From Eledone cirrhosa (lineage: Eukaryota), in contig OZ024752.1 of assembly GCA_964016885.1 (NCBI GenBank), positions 49,538,001 to 49,602,000 on the forward strand: a stretch of DNA of 64,000 nt, given 5' to 3'. The notes beneath the pieces were generated by a model. It saw only the letters and a list, made by a program, of their open reading frames with translations, made no database searches and was not told where the DNA came from. Position numbers and translations under genes: made by a program. Below are positions 30,701-44,754 of the stretch, piece after piece. Each line of letters begins with the position of its first letter. Position 1 is the stretch's first letter.

Positions 30701-31849
30701 ATATTAGTAGAATTACCAAATCATTTCATGTTAATAGAATTAAATATATATATATTATGTGATATATATACATATATATTATATATTATGTGATATATAT
30801 ACATATATATTATATATTATGTAATATATATACATATATATTATATATTATATATATATATGTAATATATATATATGTATGTATGTATATGTATATATGT
30901 AAAGAAATTTTCATGAAAGTCAAATATGAAATAGAATATTCTTACTAATGTATGCTTCATTACTCTCTTGGCTAAATGGTACTCAAGTCATTGTTTGCTA
31001 CTGGACATGACACAAAGTGAAGAATTACACTTTTTACATTTTTTCTTTCAAATTCTAATCCAGTAAACTAAAGTAGAATCTAAATTCCAGAGAAAAAAAT
31101 TTATTTTATTTACAAGAGAACAGGGGACCTGATGTGATTTATATAAAGAAAAAAAATTTTTTTTTCAAAACATTTTTTAGACTGTTGTTGCGTTCCCCTG
31201 TTCCTAGTTTAGGTTGAGATCTCCGTCAATATTCCCCAAAATACTTCAGAAACAAAAAAGCCTTTCATTCTCTTACTTTTGTGATACGCATTCCATTATA
31301 TTTATCTCAGGACATTCCAAATATCAAAGGACGTCTCTTCCTGCCCATGAAAACATGGATCGGATCGGATTTTACTAATCTCTAGTTTTGGAATCTGAAT
31401 TTGATAGGTTATAAATGATTGCGGAGACATTATTGTGTTATATTAGTATCATACTAAACTTTGATCTGTTTACTAGTTAGTCATATAGGAGAGTTAGTTT
31501 GTTGACCCCCAACCCCGCACTAATACATTATTCTGCTCTATGGGAATTAGATTATCCAATAAGTCAATAATTATTATCATTGACGTGTAAGAGTTGAGCA
31601 ATTGTAACCAAGTCTTTACTTGATTCCTGTGGTTTGTCCATCTTCATATCATCTTGACCAAAAGAGAAGTAACTTGGTCTATTATGGTGTGTCTTTGAAA
31701 TCCAGCCACATTGTCAACCCACTTATATGTCATTAATAATTTACTAAAATCTTTATTTTTATCAAAACTCTTTTAATGAATAGATTCAGAAAAATATCAG
31801 AAAATAAATTATAAAATTGTATTTCTTCTAGCCATTATTTATTTTAGCT

Positions 31850-32031
31850 GTGGATTGGCAGTATTGGTAGAGGGTCGGACGCCATGCTTTGCAGCGTCGA
31901 CTTACGGTCCTTTATGATCTGAGTTCAAATCCCGCTGAGGTTAACTTTGCCTCTCATCCTTACAGGGTCGATAAAATAAAGTACCAGTAATGCACTGGGA
32001 TAATTGCTGGCCTTGTGCCAAAAGTAGAAAC
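31850..32031 (+). mobile_element. SINE family A, short-tail variant, full length
   Basis: TGGATTGGCAGTATTGGTAGAGGG head, B box GAGTTCAAATCCC, 3' end GTAGAAAC. Confidence 0.9.
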
Positions 32032-32706
32032 ATTTATATTAGCTTTTATTTATTGGTCATTCCAATCTCAAAAACTGAATATGGTTAACAAGTACATATT
32101 GAAATTTAATTCCATATTTAATATAAAAATTTGAGAGATTGTTTGTCTACCAATATTAAACCGATGACTTTAAAATTGCAAACTTGATGCAATTCTTCGG
32201 TAAATCCACAAGGAATATTATTTCACAGAACATTTTCAAAGTTCTGTCTACTTTGTGTATTTCAACGTCATATTAAACTCAGTTTAAACTGAGCTTAGTG
32301 CCAAAATTCAAAAGACACTATACATACACACTTACTGAAAGAATTAACTCATTGTTTTTAGCTTATATTTAGAAAAATATGTATATTTCTTGTCTGTCAT
32401 CTTGACACACATTTAATATTCTGTTAGATGAATATTTTATCCCCCATCCCTCAATTATGACAATTTCCAGTCAACTGACCAGAGAAAACAAAGCAAAGGA
32501 AATCAGATTGACATAACTATTTAAAAAGTAAGGTTTATTGTTTAGTTAATCCTTTTGTCACAATTAGAATCTGGATGTTAATGACAAAACATTAAACAAT
32601 TAATATTAATAATAATAATAACTATACTTGAATATTTGTTGATGCAAATTTTTTTATATATATATTTATATCTATATCTCTCCCCTCTCTCTCTCTTTTT
32701 CTTTCT

Positions 32707-32753
<47 letters not shown>

Positions 32754-33738
32754 AATGAAAAGTGCTAAAGACATCATCCTGCCAACCGTCAGTACCTTCA
32801 GACTGTCTCTTGTGCGACAATAAGAAATACACCATAGGCGACGACAGGGGGCGGCCATTATGAAGGTTGATCCATCCACAGGTTACATTAATGCTATTTG
32901 CAAAATAAAATTTCAAAAAATAAATAAAATAAAAATAAAATAAAAACAAAAAAAAAAATTACCCCCCCAACCACCAAAAAAAAAAAAAAAAAAAATTACA
33001 AATACAATAAATTAAAGATGAAAAATTGGAAACCATATATGGAAAACTTGACCATGGGAATAATTAATATTTTTGTATTGAAATGATTGCTTATGCTTTA
33101 TTAATAGTTATACCTGTCAGCCCAATATTTGTTAGACCTGATATTATAATAATAATAGCAAGTGCTTCCATGAGAAATACATCAAAAAGGAGATAAATTT
33201 TACCAATTGGTGCTATGAATTATTCCAAGATGTTTCTTATACTGCTATCAAGCAGTATTTGAAATACTGATAACCGCTTACAATCCCAGATAATCCTTCC
33301 TAATCCTCTGCCGGCCGCTGTTTATCAAACGAGAAACTGGTGCTATTCTCCAATGATACAGCTGAGGATTTTTATTATTATTATTATTATTATTACTATT
33401 ATCATTATTATTACTATTATTACTATTATTATTATCATTATTTTTTTTCCTTTTAAAACATTAATATCAAATCTTACACACACACGCGCACACACATATA
33501 AAGACATATATATGCACACACACATATACACCCTCATACACACACACACATATATCCACATACATATACATACACCCATATGCAACAATTTTCATTATTA
33601 GTAGATAATCAGGTCTATATGTGCTTCAGCCATCCTGATCCTGTTATAAAAAAATAAGGAAAGAATTGGACAAAAGAAGCCGTTTCTTTTGTTTTGTTTT
33701 CAATTTCTTATACTATCTGCCGGGCACAACCCCTGATC

Positions 33739-33783
<45 letters not shown>

Positions 33784-34018
33784 CTATATATATATTATAT
33801 TAAATTATATAAGTCTTAAACTTGCAAATTCATCTAAAACAAATAGAGATAAAATCACTATATTATAATGCCTCAATTTAGGCACTTTTCTTAATACAAC
33901 AATTGTCTTCCCAGTTTGCCCTATTTGCTTGCTCTTCGTATCATTTCTTATTTTGGCCTTTTTCTATTTACTTTCATGCAGTATGCTTGCATGAAAATGT
34001 AAAACACAGAATGAATAC

Positions 34019-34067
<49 letters not shown>

Positions 34068-34854
34068 CTGTGTATATATGATATACACATCCAAATGATA
34101 TATATATCGGTATATGTAGTATTCATATTTTCAACATCAAGCTCTGAACCATATATAAATTTCACTGAAAAGATGAAATAACGAAGAAAGACTAAATATA
34201 TCCACTGATCTCTAATAGTGGCCAAATATTGGGATTCTTCTTAAAACCAAAGAACCAACAAACTAATTGTTGTAATTTCAACTATTAATTAAAACGATTA
34301 AGCACAATCCTGGGATGGTTTTGTTACAAACAGACAATATACAAGAAAAGTTTAGCTTCTCTAGATTACCAAAAAATATACAGCACTGACTAAGCATACA
34401 ATTATTGTTGTTTTGGATGTACTTACATTATTCAAATTCTCACCACTGTTGAGCCGGCTAGCATTCAGGTACATTAACCAATACATCATCATATGACATT
34501 AAAAAAAGTAATAAATTGAAAATATAACATAATGTTGTCCATATTTCTTTATTACAAATTCTCTAATGTGTGTGTGTAGGTGTGTGTATATGTTTATATA
34601 TATATACAATTGCTTTATATACATTAATTTTAAAGCATATATATATATATACACATACAATGTCATATATATATATATGTATATTATATATATGTATGTA
34701 TATTATATATATGTATATATATTATATATATGTTTATTTATATATATATATGTATATATATATATGTGTATATACATATATATCAATACATATATATATG
34801 TTTATATATATATGTGTATACATATATACATACATATCAATACATATATATATG

Positions 34855-34942
<88 letters not shown>

Positions 34943-35920
34943 GCACACATTAACTGGGTTGTTTTCGTAAATCTTGGAAAAGAAGCATTGATCTATTATC
35001 CTTTTTCAAAATTGAAGGAAAAAATATTTGTAAAAGGATTAAAAAAAAACAAAAAACCATTTGAGATCTCCGTCCGTAGCTGAAATATGTATGTGTGTGT
35101 ATATCAGCATTGATAACATTAACCAAAAATTTTAAAAAACACTGAATTTGTAAACAGACACTTTCCCCCTTGCGTGTTTCAAGTATACTAATTACAACGC
35201 TTCAAAATGGGTGGACAACCAATTACTATTATACAGAAAATGAAATATATTATGTATATTTTGTCTGTGTCTTGAGAATGTTTTTACTATTTATTATTAT
35301 TATTATTACTTTTTTTTCTGTGTGTGTCTGTGTGTGTGTCTTTTTTTCTGTTCTTATGAAATAATTTACAGATGAAATCTTCAAAAGATATTAAAGTTTA
35401 TTATGAATTAAAAGACAATAACAAAATAACATGAATGAAGAGAAGAAAAAAAAATCATGTTTAACATATTTCATATTGTAAGAAATCTTAACTAAAGTGA
35501 TCATTATCAGTTAACCCAAAGAAAAGATGAAATTTAAAAAGAAAAAGAAAAACGTCTTTGCATTTAACTGTTAGAAAAAATTTTATAAAATGTCTTAATA
35601 GAGATTAATGATCAAAGCATTAGAATTTACCTATCATATATATAATTATATAGATAGATAGATACTTATACATATGAGTACATATATGTATATATACATG
35701 TATATTCGCACACATACATTCATAACATACATATATAAATACATAACATTCCATTGGTACACATTTGTATATATATATAAAAAAAAATCTGATTTAAGTG
35801 CTCGTTTCAAAAGATGATTCTGTGAACTTTTTCTCTGTTGTAAATTTCAAGATATATTACTTCAAAATTTCTTAATTCACCACCTCCTCCTTCTCCTCTT
35901 GTTCCTCCTCCCCCTACTAC

Positions 35921-35961
<41 letters not shown>

Positions 35962-35963
35962 CA

Positions 35964-36006
<43 letters not shown>

Positions 36007-36424
36007 CTTTCATATTCATCTTAGTTCATTTTTTACATTTAATTTTTACTTTATTCATGAATATATTATTATTGTTATTATTATTATTTCCTTTTTTTAA
36101 TTTTCAATTATTTTAATTTTTATTTATTAATTATTTTATCAATATTATTATTATTTTGGCACATTGTAAATTTTTGCTGTTAAATTTAACTCCAAATGGG
36201 ATTTGGTTCCAAGAAAAAAAAAAATTTATATCAAATGGGCACTTTATTACTCTTTATTATTTTACAATTCTCCTATTTATGTTTGAGTGTTTGTATGTGA
36301 GACTTTATGTATGTATGGACATAAACAAATGTGTAAGTAATAAGCCTCTGTGTTTTTTTTGTTTTTGTGTTAGTGTATTGTATGAATATTATTATATTCC
36401 TGTTTATTTCAATGTATTTATTGA

Positions 36425-36545
36425 TACGATGGACTAGCGTCCTGTTCCGGGGAAAGTCTTGTATTCTTAGTTGCTTAACACCACGGAAACTGGCATAAAC
36501 AATGGCCAGATGAGCCTCCGGGCTCAAGAGAGACTTTAGACTTAA
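36425..36545 (+). mobile_element. Probable ancient SINE 3' fragment
   Basis: GATGGACTAGCGTCCTGTTCCGGGG...CCACGGAAACTGG...GATGAGCCTCCGGGCTC resembles, from memory, the 3' half of widespread invertebrate SINEs. Single copy here. Confidence 0.4.
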
Positions 36546-36997
36546 AGAAGTAATTCTAGGAACAATTTATTAGATTAGACATCTTTCCTGCTCATTTATT
36601 TTTTTTTTCATTTATTTAGAATAAAATATTAGTTGCATTTTTCTTAAATTGTGTATTTAAAATATTTAAAATATTTCATTAAATCTTTGGCCCATGTAAT
36701 TAATTCTAATCTAGATTCTAGAGTTTTCCTGTCCATTTCACTTATACATATAAGTATACTTATGTAAGCATGTGAGACTGGACTGAGGATGCCATAAATA
36801 TTCTGGTAGTTGTGAGTTGATTCATGAGTTCTTTGCTCTAATGAAGTATTAAGGGATTTCTTTTAATTTGTAGAGTGATTGATATTTTTATTCTTTTAAA
36901 CTTATATATATATGTATATATATATATATATAACCAACAAAAATATCAATTTTTAATCATTTTCACTCTTAATTATTAATATAAATGTGGTTCTTGC

Positions 36998-37058
<61 letters not shown>

Positions 37059-37087
37059 AAATGTGTAAGATCCTTGGTACAGTTAGG

Positions 37088-37223
37088 TATATTTGAAAAA
37101 AAGGAAAAGAATGACTTCACTTGTAGTGTTAAATAATTTGATTTAATTTTATAATATTATAAAATTAAATCAAATTATTTAGCACTACAAGTGAAGTCAT
37201 TCTTTTCCTTTTTCTCAAATATA
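37088..37223. repeat. 136-bp near-perfect palindrome
   Basis: Centre at 37155/37156; 68-bp arms with 2 mismatches. One arm recurs alone at about 50535-50610. Confidence 0.92.
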
Positions 37224-37252
37224 TATATATAGATATATATATTCACATATAT

Positions 37253-37289
<37 letters not shown>

Positions 37290-38239
37290 ATGAGAAAAAT
37301 CATATTTTTTAGTGTTTTAATTCATCAGAGAATCTCCCCTTATCAAGTACTTATATTTAAAACTCCTTAATATTAAGTTGTTTTTTTTTATATATATACA
37401 TTCGTTTGTTTAGTTGTTATTTTCTATTTGTTGTTTGTTGTTTTTCTTTCTTTTTATTTTGGCACTTTATAGTGTTTTATTTTATTTTGTTTATTTATTT
37501 ATTTATTTTTTTCTTTTACACAAAGATGATTAATTTTTTAGAATTTAGTGCTCCAGCATGATCTGAACCAAAAATGGATTCAAATTCAACCAAAGAAATA
37601 AAAATTGATGCCCAATGTTTTTGTTGTATTTAAAATAAGAATTTCTTTTTTTTTTTTGTTTCTTTAGTTCTTGTATGAATAAAGAAAAGATATAAGAAAA
37701 ATTTTGAATGAAAGCGAGATTGTGTATTTGAAATTTGAAACTTAAAATTTATATTTCAACCGAAAATATTCTGGTTAAATATTTCTTCTGTTTTTCTGTT
37801 AAAAATTAAAATTTAGTAAAAGTAAAGAAAATCTGTAATTTTTTAAAAATATATATTTCCATATATTTAGTTATTTCTTATTGTTGTGTGACATATAATA
37901 TGTGTGTATGTATGTATGTATGTATGTATGTATGTATGTATGTATGTATGTATGTATGTATGTGCGTTTGTATGTGTATTTATATATCCTTCACCTATGA
38001 AGCAATGTTTTTTTTATATATTTATTTATTTAAATGTAAATTTTTAATGTTTATTTTCTTTTATTTTTGTTTTACTAAATGTTTTTTTTGTTTTTGTTTT
38101 TTTTTGTGTGAACTATTTACAAGTGATGACAGTCATACAGAAGTTATGTATATGTCTGAGACTGGCATTTCTCTTTAATTTCAATTCCTATTTGTCATTG
38201 TGGTTTAGTCATCTTTTGTTTGCAATTTTATTAATTTTC

Positions 38240-38285
<46 letters not shown>

Positions 38286-38830
38286 TCTCTTTTGTTCTCT
38301 AATTTCATTTTTTCGTGAATCATTCCAAATTTTTTTCTTCAGTGTTTTATTTTATTTTATTTTTTGGGGTTATTTTTTATAAGTTTTTTTTTTCTATTAC
38401 TCTAAGCTTTGGGCTTAACCCCTTAAGATGAAATCTAGTTTATTCTGAATCAATTGGTAACTCCAGTTGTATGCATCTTCCAAAGAATATTCTGGGTGCG
38501 ACGTAATTATGCTTTTCCTTGTTTTTCATTTGCTTTTTATTTCAACATGATTAATCTATTAGTAAATAATTAATACTCGATCAGTTTCCCAGCAAATTAA
38601 AAAATACTGAAATCTGAATAACTAGAAAACTGGGAACGTTTCTTTGTTTTTTTACAGTAATTATAGTGAATTAAATACTGTAAGTTAGACTTTACTGGTG
38701 TTAGACTCAGTTAAAATAATAAAACAGCTATTTTTAAAAAAATTCTTTTTACTGCTTAAAGTCCTATAAACAAAATCAACATTTTTATTATTATTATTAC
38801 TATTATTATTACTATTATTGTTGTTATTAC

Positions 38831-39272
38831 GGTGGATTGGCAGAATTGGTAGAGTGTCGGACACCATGCTTTGCAGCATAGAGTTATAGCCCTTTACATT
38901 CTGAGTTCAAATCCCGCCAAGGTTAGCTTTGTCCTTTCATCCTTACAGAGTCGATAAAATGAAGTACCAGTAATGTACTGGAGTTGATTTAATCGACTTT
39001 CCTCTCCCCTAGAATTGTTGGCCTTGTTCCTAAATCAGAAATCATCATTATTATTAATATAATATAAAATACCAGTTATGTAATGAGGTCGATATAATTG
39101 ATTTTTCTCCTTCCCTCAAATTCCTGGCCATGTGCTAACACTAGAAAGAATAAATCCACTGAAGTTAACTTTGCCTTTCATCCTTACGGAGTCGATAAAA
39201 TAAAGTACCAGTAATGCACTGGGGTAATTACTGGCCTTGTGCCAAAAGTAGAAACATTATTATTATTATTAT
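38831..39272 (+). mobile_element. Tandem stack of SINE family A: full copy (38831-39043) plus two 5'-truncated copies (~39068-39148, ~39153-39254)
   Basis: Repeated AAAGTACCAG...GGCCTTGTG...AGAAA 3' ends, flanked by (ATT)n. Confidence 0.88.
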
Positions 39273-40547
39273 TGCACATTCACTATTATTGCGACATCAC
39301 TAAAAATCTGAATCTTTAGATAATCATATGATACATTCCTGGCAATAATATCTATTGGTTCCTTCTAGGTATTTTTATTTAACTGTAATAAGACATGGTA
39401 TAATTGTCTAATACAAAATAGTCCCTTTTCTTTTATCTCTTTTTTATATGGTTAGAATTTGAAGTAGGTATATAATTGAAGGTTGTCTTTTAACTCAATA
39501 GATTTCAAGTTTGTTATAAAATATAAGAAATAAAATAATAAACTTTACTACAATTATGAAGTTTAGTTTCATATACAAAAATACCTCAGCATTTTCATAT
39601 TATTGCTTATATGGTTCAGGAAGTTATTGGTTTGAATATCAAATCGAATGTGAGCAAGAAAAATACTGCCATTTCTTTTCTTCTTTAAATGAATTGGTGA
39701 AAATTGGGAAATTTATGATAGTTATGAGGATGCTGATGATAATTATTATTACTTATTTTAATCTGTTTCCATTAGTTCTTAAAAAATCTACATATGACCA
39801 GTATTATTTTAGTAAGTACATAATTTAACACAAAGGCTTCTTAGGTATTGTAGCAATCAAGGTGATAAAGGAAATCTTCCTGTTTAGCGCCAGCCAATAC
39901 AAAGAATAAACAAACAAATTTGTAAAAGAAATACAAACAATACTGTTCTCTGCATTTAATTTTTCTAAATCAACACCCCTTTACATCACAAGGTATAGAT
40001 GGGACTTGAACCTGCAACCCTTAAGTTATTTATTTGTCTCCATCAAACATTCAAAGGCCTACATTCAATGTTTATGTATTTAAATACATATTTTCCCCAT
40101 GTATCAGGAGGCTCCATACAAACCTGATGCTTTTTATATGACTGAGCTAATTCAAAAATCAAAATGAAACCTAGTATTCTAAAGCAAGACTCTCTCTCTC
40201 TCTCCTGATCCACTAGAATTTGCCTCATACCACCGACTCATAACAAATGTCCCTATAATTGTGAACAGCTCCTCTCTCGTCACCCTCACCTCCATTCTCT
40301 GGAGTCTGGTTGATATTTCTAACATAGTTCTGTTGTGTTTTTAAATAAAACAAAAATACAACATATCAGTCCATTATTTATATATATATATATATATAAA
40401 ACAAATACTAACAATTAATCATCATCATCATCATCATCCTTATACTCAACATTATTCCTACTATTAATATTATCCCCCCTCTAACTGATACCCTTGTGGC
40501 AAATACAAAATATTATAGTTATTATTGTCCACCATAGAATTATTATC

Positions 40548-40830
40548 AAAGTACCAGTAACACGCTGGGGTCGATTTAATCGACTTTCCCCTTCTCCCCA
40601 AATTGCTGGCTTTGTGCCTAAATCAGAAACAACAATTATTTTGGCAGTATCGGTAGAGGGTCGGACGCCATGCTTTGACGCATAGAGTTACGGCCCTTGC
40701 CATTCTGAGTTCAAATCCCGCCGAGGTTCATCCTTACGGGGTCGATAAAATAAAGTACCAGTAATGCACTGGATAATTGCTGGCCTTGTGCCAAAAGTAG
40801 AAACAATTATTATTATTATTATTATTATTT
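40548..40830 (+). mobile_element. SINE family A 3' fragment (40548-40630) followed by a near-full copy with a small internal deletion (40641-40804)
   Basis: Same motifs. The second copy lacks about 11 nt (AACTTTGCCTT) between GAGG and CATCC. Confidence 0.88.
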
Positions 40831-41194
40831 TCAAAACTGTTGATTTTGATATAGGCAACCCCCCTGCCCACTTTTTAAAATTCAATTTAATTTTTATTTT
40901 TAATTATTTCTTTTCAATATTTTAGTTTTAAAAAATTTTGTTTTGTTTCAACAAAATTCTTGTCTCCACTAAACATTACTGTATAATGTATGTGTATGTA
41001 TGAATGAATATATATATGTATGTGTATGTATGAATATATAGATATATGTATGTATGAATATATACGTGTACGTATGAATATATATATATATATATATATA
41101 TGTGTACGTATGAATATATATATATATATATATGTGTATGTATGAATATATATATATATATATATACATATGAATCTATATATATGTGTATGTA

Positions 41195-41231
<37 letters not shown>

Positions 41232-41808
41232 GAATCTATATATATGTGTATGTATGAATATATATATATATATATATACATATGAATCTATATATATGTG
41301 TATGTATGAATATATATATATATATATATACATATGAATCTATATATATGTGTATGTATGAATATATATATATATATATACATATGAATCTATATATCTG
41401 TATATATACGTATGAATATATATATGTATGTATGAGGGTTTTTTTAAACATTTTTCTTTGTCTTTTCTTTATATTCAAATACTGTTGTTTTTGTTTTTTT
41501 TTCTCTTCTTCTTCTTGTCAAATTGTTGGTTCTTTAACCATTTGTTAGGTCACATTGTTAATCATTTTTTATTATTTTTTTATAATTTTTTCCGGTATTA
41601 TTTTTTACCTGTTAGAGTAATAACTTATTGTGTTTTATTTTTGTTCTGTTTTTCTACCTCATTTTACTATCTTATAGTCCCCTCCCCCTTCACTATATCT
41701 ATCTTTCTATCTTTTCCCTCCTTCCCTTCCTCCCTTCTATCATTCTCTCTCTCTCTCTCTCACTATATATATATATATATATATATATCTGTATCTATCT
41801 ATCTCTAT

Positions 41809-41839
<31 letters not shown>

Positions 41840-42305
41840 GTATGCTTTGTTTTTGTTTGTCTGTTTTTATTTAACTATTTATTTTTTTTTTAAAGTTCAG
41901 TTTACTGCAACTAATTTAGTTTCTGTGTATATTTTTACCTTTGGTTTCTGATTTAACTATTTATATTAATATATATATATATATACATACATGTGTGTCT
42001 CTATGTATGTGCTTATATATATGCATATATATATATATGTATATATATATACATATATATTTATTATTTATTTGTTTTGTTTTTGTTAATTTTTTTTTTC
42101 AATTTTTTTCAAACCAAATCTCATTGTTTTTAATTTATTTAATATATATATATATATAAATGTACATTATATATATGTATATTATATATATGTATATTAT
42201 ATATATGTATATTATATATATGTATATTATATATATGTATATATATATATATATATATATGTGTATATATGTATATATATATATATGTGTATATATATAT
42301 ATGTA

Positions 42306-42363
<58 letters not shown>

Positions 42364-42369
42364 TATATG

Positions 42370-42404
<35 letters not shown>

Positions 42405-42417
42405 GTATATATATATG

Positions 42418-42510
<93 letters not shown>

Positions 42511-42511
42511 C

Positions 42512-42689
42512 TTAATTTCCTTCCTGCCCAATTGTGGCAGTGTGCAAGAAGCGATGTACATATCGTTTTTACGACCTTGCAGCTTTTCCCATTGGTCTCG
42601 TGGTCGGTAGGTCAGCTTCGTGTGGGTATGTTAGTCCAGCTCATCTTCTGGTAAGCAGGATCTATTGTCACATCTGAAATGTGTATTAG
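42512..42689 (-). other. Candidate exon of an unidentified minus-strand transcript
   Basis: GC-richer island with a strong acceptor (T)nATTTTCTAG at 42690 and a possible donor GTAATA at 42511. All three frames contain a stop. One reads [18 protein letters not shown]. Confidence 0.3.
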
Positions 42690-42751
42690 CTAGAAAATAA
42701 AAAAAAAAATTATACAATCCAAATCATGTCTTGTGTATTTATTTGCATGTT

Positions 42752-43095
42752 TACTCTTTTACTGTTTCACCTGTTCCAGCCATCTGGCTGAAGCCATGTT
42801 GGGACACCGCCCTTGTTTACATACTTTTCTCTTCATCATTTTCACATAACTATTTTTGTATTCTCAAAAAAATTAGCATTGAGTTCTGCATTGTTTAGTA
42901 TTAATTTTAATTCCAATATATATAGATATCGACAGTCGATCGACTTTCATCAAATTGGACCAAGGAAACAATGTTTCCGTTGGTCTTTGCAATTGCTAAT
43001 ACTATCTATTGGTCGCAACTCCTGGTAGAAGGAGCAACATGAAATAAAGTATCTTGCTCAAGGACATAACGCATAGCCCAGTCCAGGAATCGACT
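42752..43095 (-). mobile_element. Diverged CORE-type SINE (family E)
   Basis: 3' end TTACTCTTTTAC...CAGCCATCTGGCTGAAGCCATGTTGGGACACCGCCC (also at 45992-46051) and CORE/B-box remnant GGAGCAACATGAAATAAAGTATCTTGCTCAAGG...GGAATCGA. Confidence 0.65.
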
Positions 43096-43100
43096 GACAA

Positions 43101-43232
43101 CTTCCTGATGATTTCTTAAGAATGAAATGGTTCTAGTCCTGTAGAATCTCATCTATCTTAAAACTTTTATACTCTGCAATGTATTGAGTACCTTACTTAC
43201 TGTGGTTACCTCCAATTCAACCCGGAATAACT
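43101..43232 (+). mobile_element. Repeat family H with degenerate hammerhead-like core
   Basis: Colinear with 62803-62937; CTGATGA at 43105 followed by a short stem and GAAA. Confidence 0.65.
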
Positions 43233-43262
43233 ATATTTATATATATTATATATATCTATATA

Positions 43263-43292
<30 letters not shown>

Positions 43293-43293
<1 letters not shown>

Positions 43294-43630
43294 TTATTAA
43301 AATAAAAGATTAAAGGTTAAGCAAAGAATCGCTGCTTTTACCCTTAACGGGATCTTCTGAAACAAACAAAGTCAATCTGTAAACGCAGAAGTGGATATTT
43401 TAAAAAATGTTGCAACTGGAGGAAGACAGGAAGATGATACTTTGGTTTGTGGAAACGTTCCCTGGCAAAGAACGGGAAAAAACGAATATAATACGTCATT
43501 AATAGGAGCGGTGAAAAACAATTACACGCAAAGACAGAACCACGTTTACGGTATAAAAGAAGTCGTAGACTAATGTTCTCTTAGGTGATTCATAGAGACG
43601 TTCTCTGGCAATGAACGGAAAAAACAAAGA
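43293..43630. mobile_element. Family D end extended into a longer element remnant
   Basis: First ~60 bp match family D, then unique GC-richer sequence, bounded by (TA)n. Confidence 0.45.
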
Positions 43631-43670
43631 TAATATTATTATTACTATATTATATATATATATGTATATG

Positions 43671-43718
<48 letters not shown>

Positions 43719-44532
43719 TCAATGTAGTCTACAATTTCGTGGTAGGGTCTATACCGTAGTTAGAACTCAATGTAATCCGTTATCAAAGAGTCCAGTGAGA
43801 TCCAGAGATAAGTTCCATGTTTCGCTGAGTCAGTTCTTTAGATACAGAGTCTGATATATTGATTAGAGAACTGTATACTATCAGACATAATATATATAAG
43901 TTCAATCATATCGATTTCTTCGGAAACAATGATTCTAGTAAAAAGTCAGGTTAAGATATAACCTAATATTGAATAGAGAGCTAACCTAATATTGAATAGA
44001 GAGCAGGAGAAAAAGGAAGAAAGAGAGTCTAAAGCAGTAAATGAGAAATCATAGGGATATATTAGAGAGAGAAGAGATGAGAAAGAAGAGAAAAGCTGGA
44101 ATGGGATCGATGGAGCAGAACATTCAGGGAATTGTGAAAAGGATAAAAATAATGGATAAAGGTTGGAGAAAGTAATCTAAGAGGAAATAAAAGAGAATTT
44201 GAGCATTGTATGCATCATCAGCTTCCTTCTAGACCATCATAGTTCCTTCTAGGAGAGGAAGGACTATGTATATAAGTCTAGAACATGCAACTGAACATAA
44301 ATACCTGTAATACTGATGCTGCGATAGGAGAACAAGAAAGCAGTGGGGCACATCTTTACTGATCCATTGTCACCAGGAAATGAGGTTTTCTGTTATGGAC
44401 AGTAATAACTGACTCACTAAAGTGGAGTACAACTAACACTGCGTGTTATTAACTGGTACATTTAAAAATCGAACACTCTTACACACCCAAACACATACCT
44501 ATATACATACATATATATGTGTATATATATAT

Positions 44533-44688
44533 ATAGGAAAATTGTCAGGAGCCCAACGGCTGAGCTCCGGCCATTTCGACAGCTAGGTCTGACCTAGCTC
44601 AGCCGTCGGGGTCCTGACTCTTTTCCTATTACCCACTCTACTACCCTAAGTATCGAGTACTCTAGGTTCCTTACCGCACTTCCCTCAT
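44533..44688 (-). mobile_element. Unclassified short element (family U) with internal hairpin
   Basis: Both ends match the ends of 53729-53925 in reverse complement. 34-bp inverted arms at 44533-44566 and 44596-44629. Confidence 0.65.
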
Positions 44689-44715
44689 ATATATATATAT
44701 ATGAAGAAATATGTA

Positions 44716-44750
<35 letters not shown>

Positions 44751-44754
<4 letters not shown>

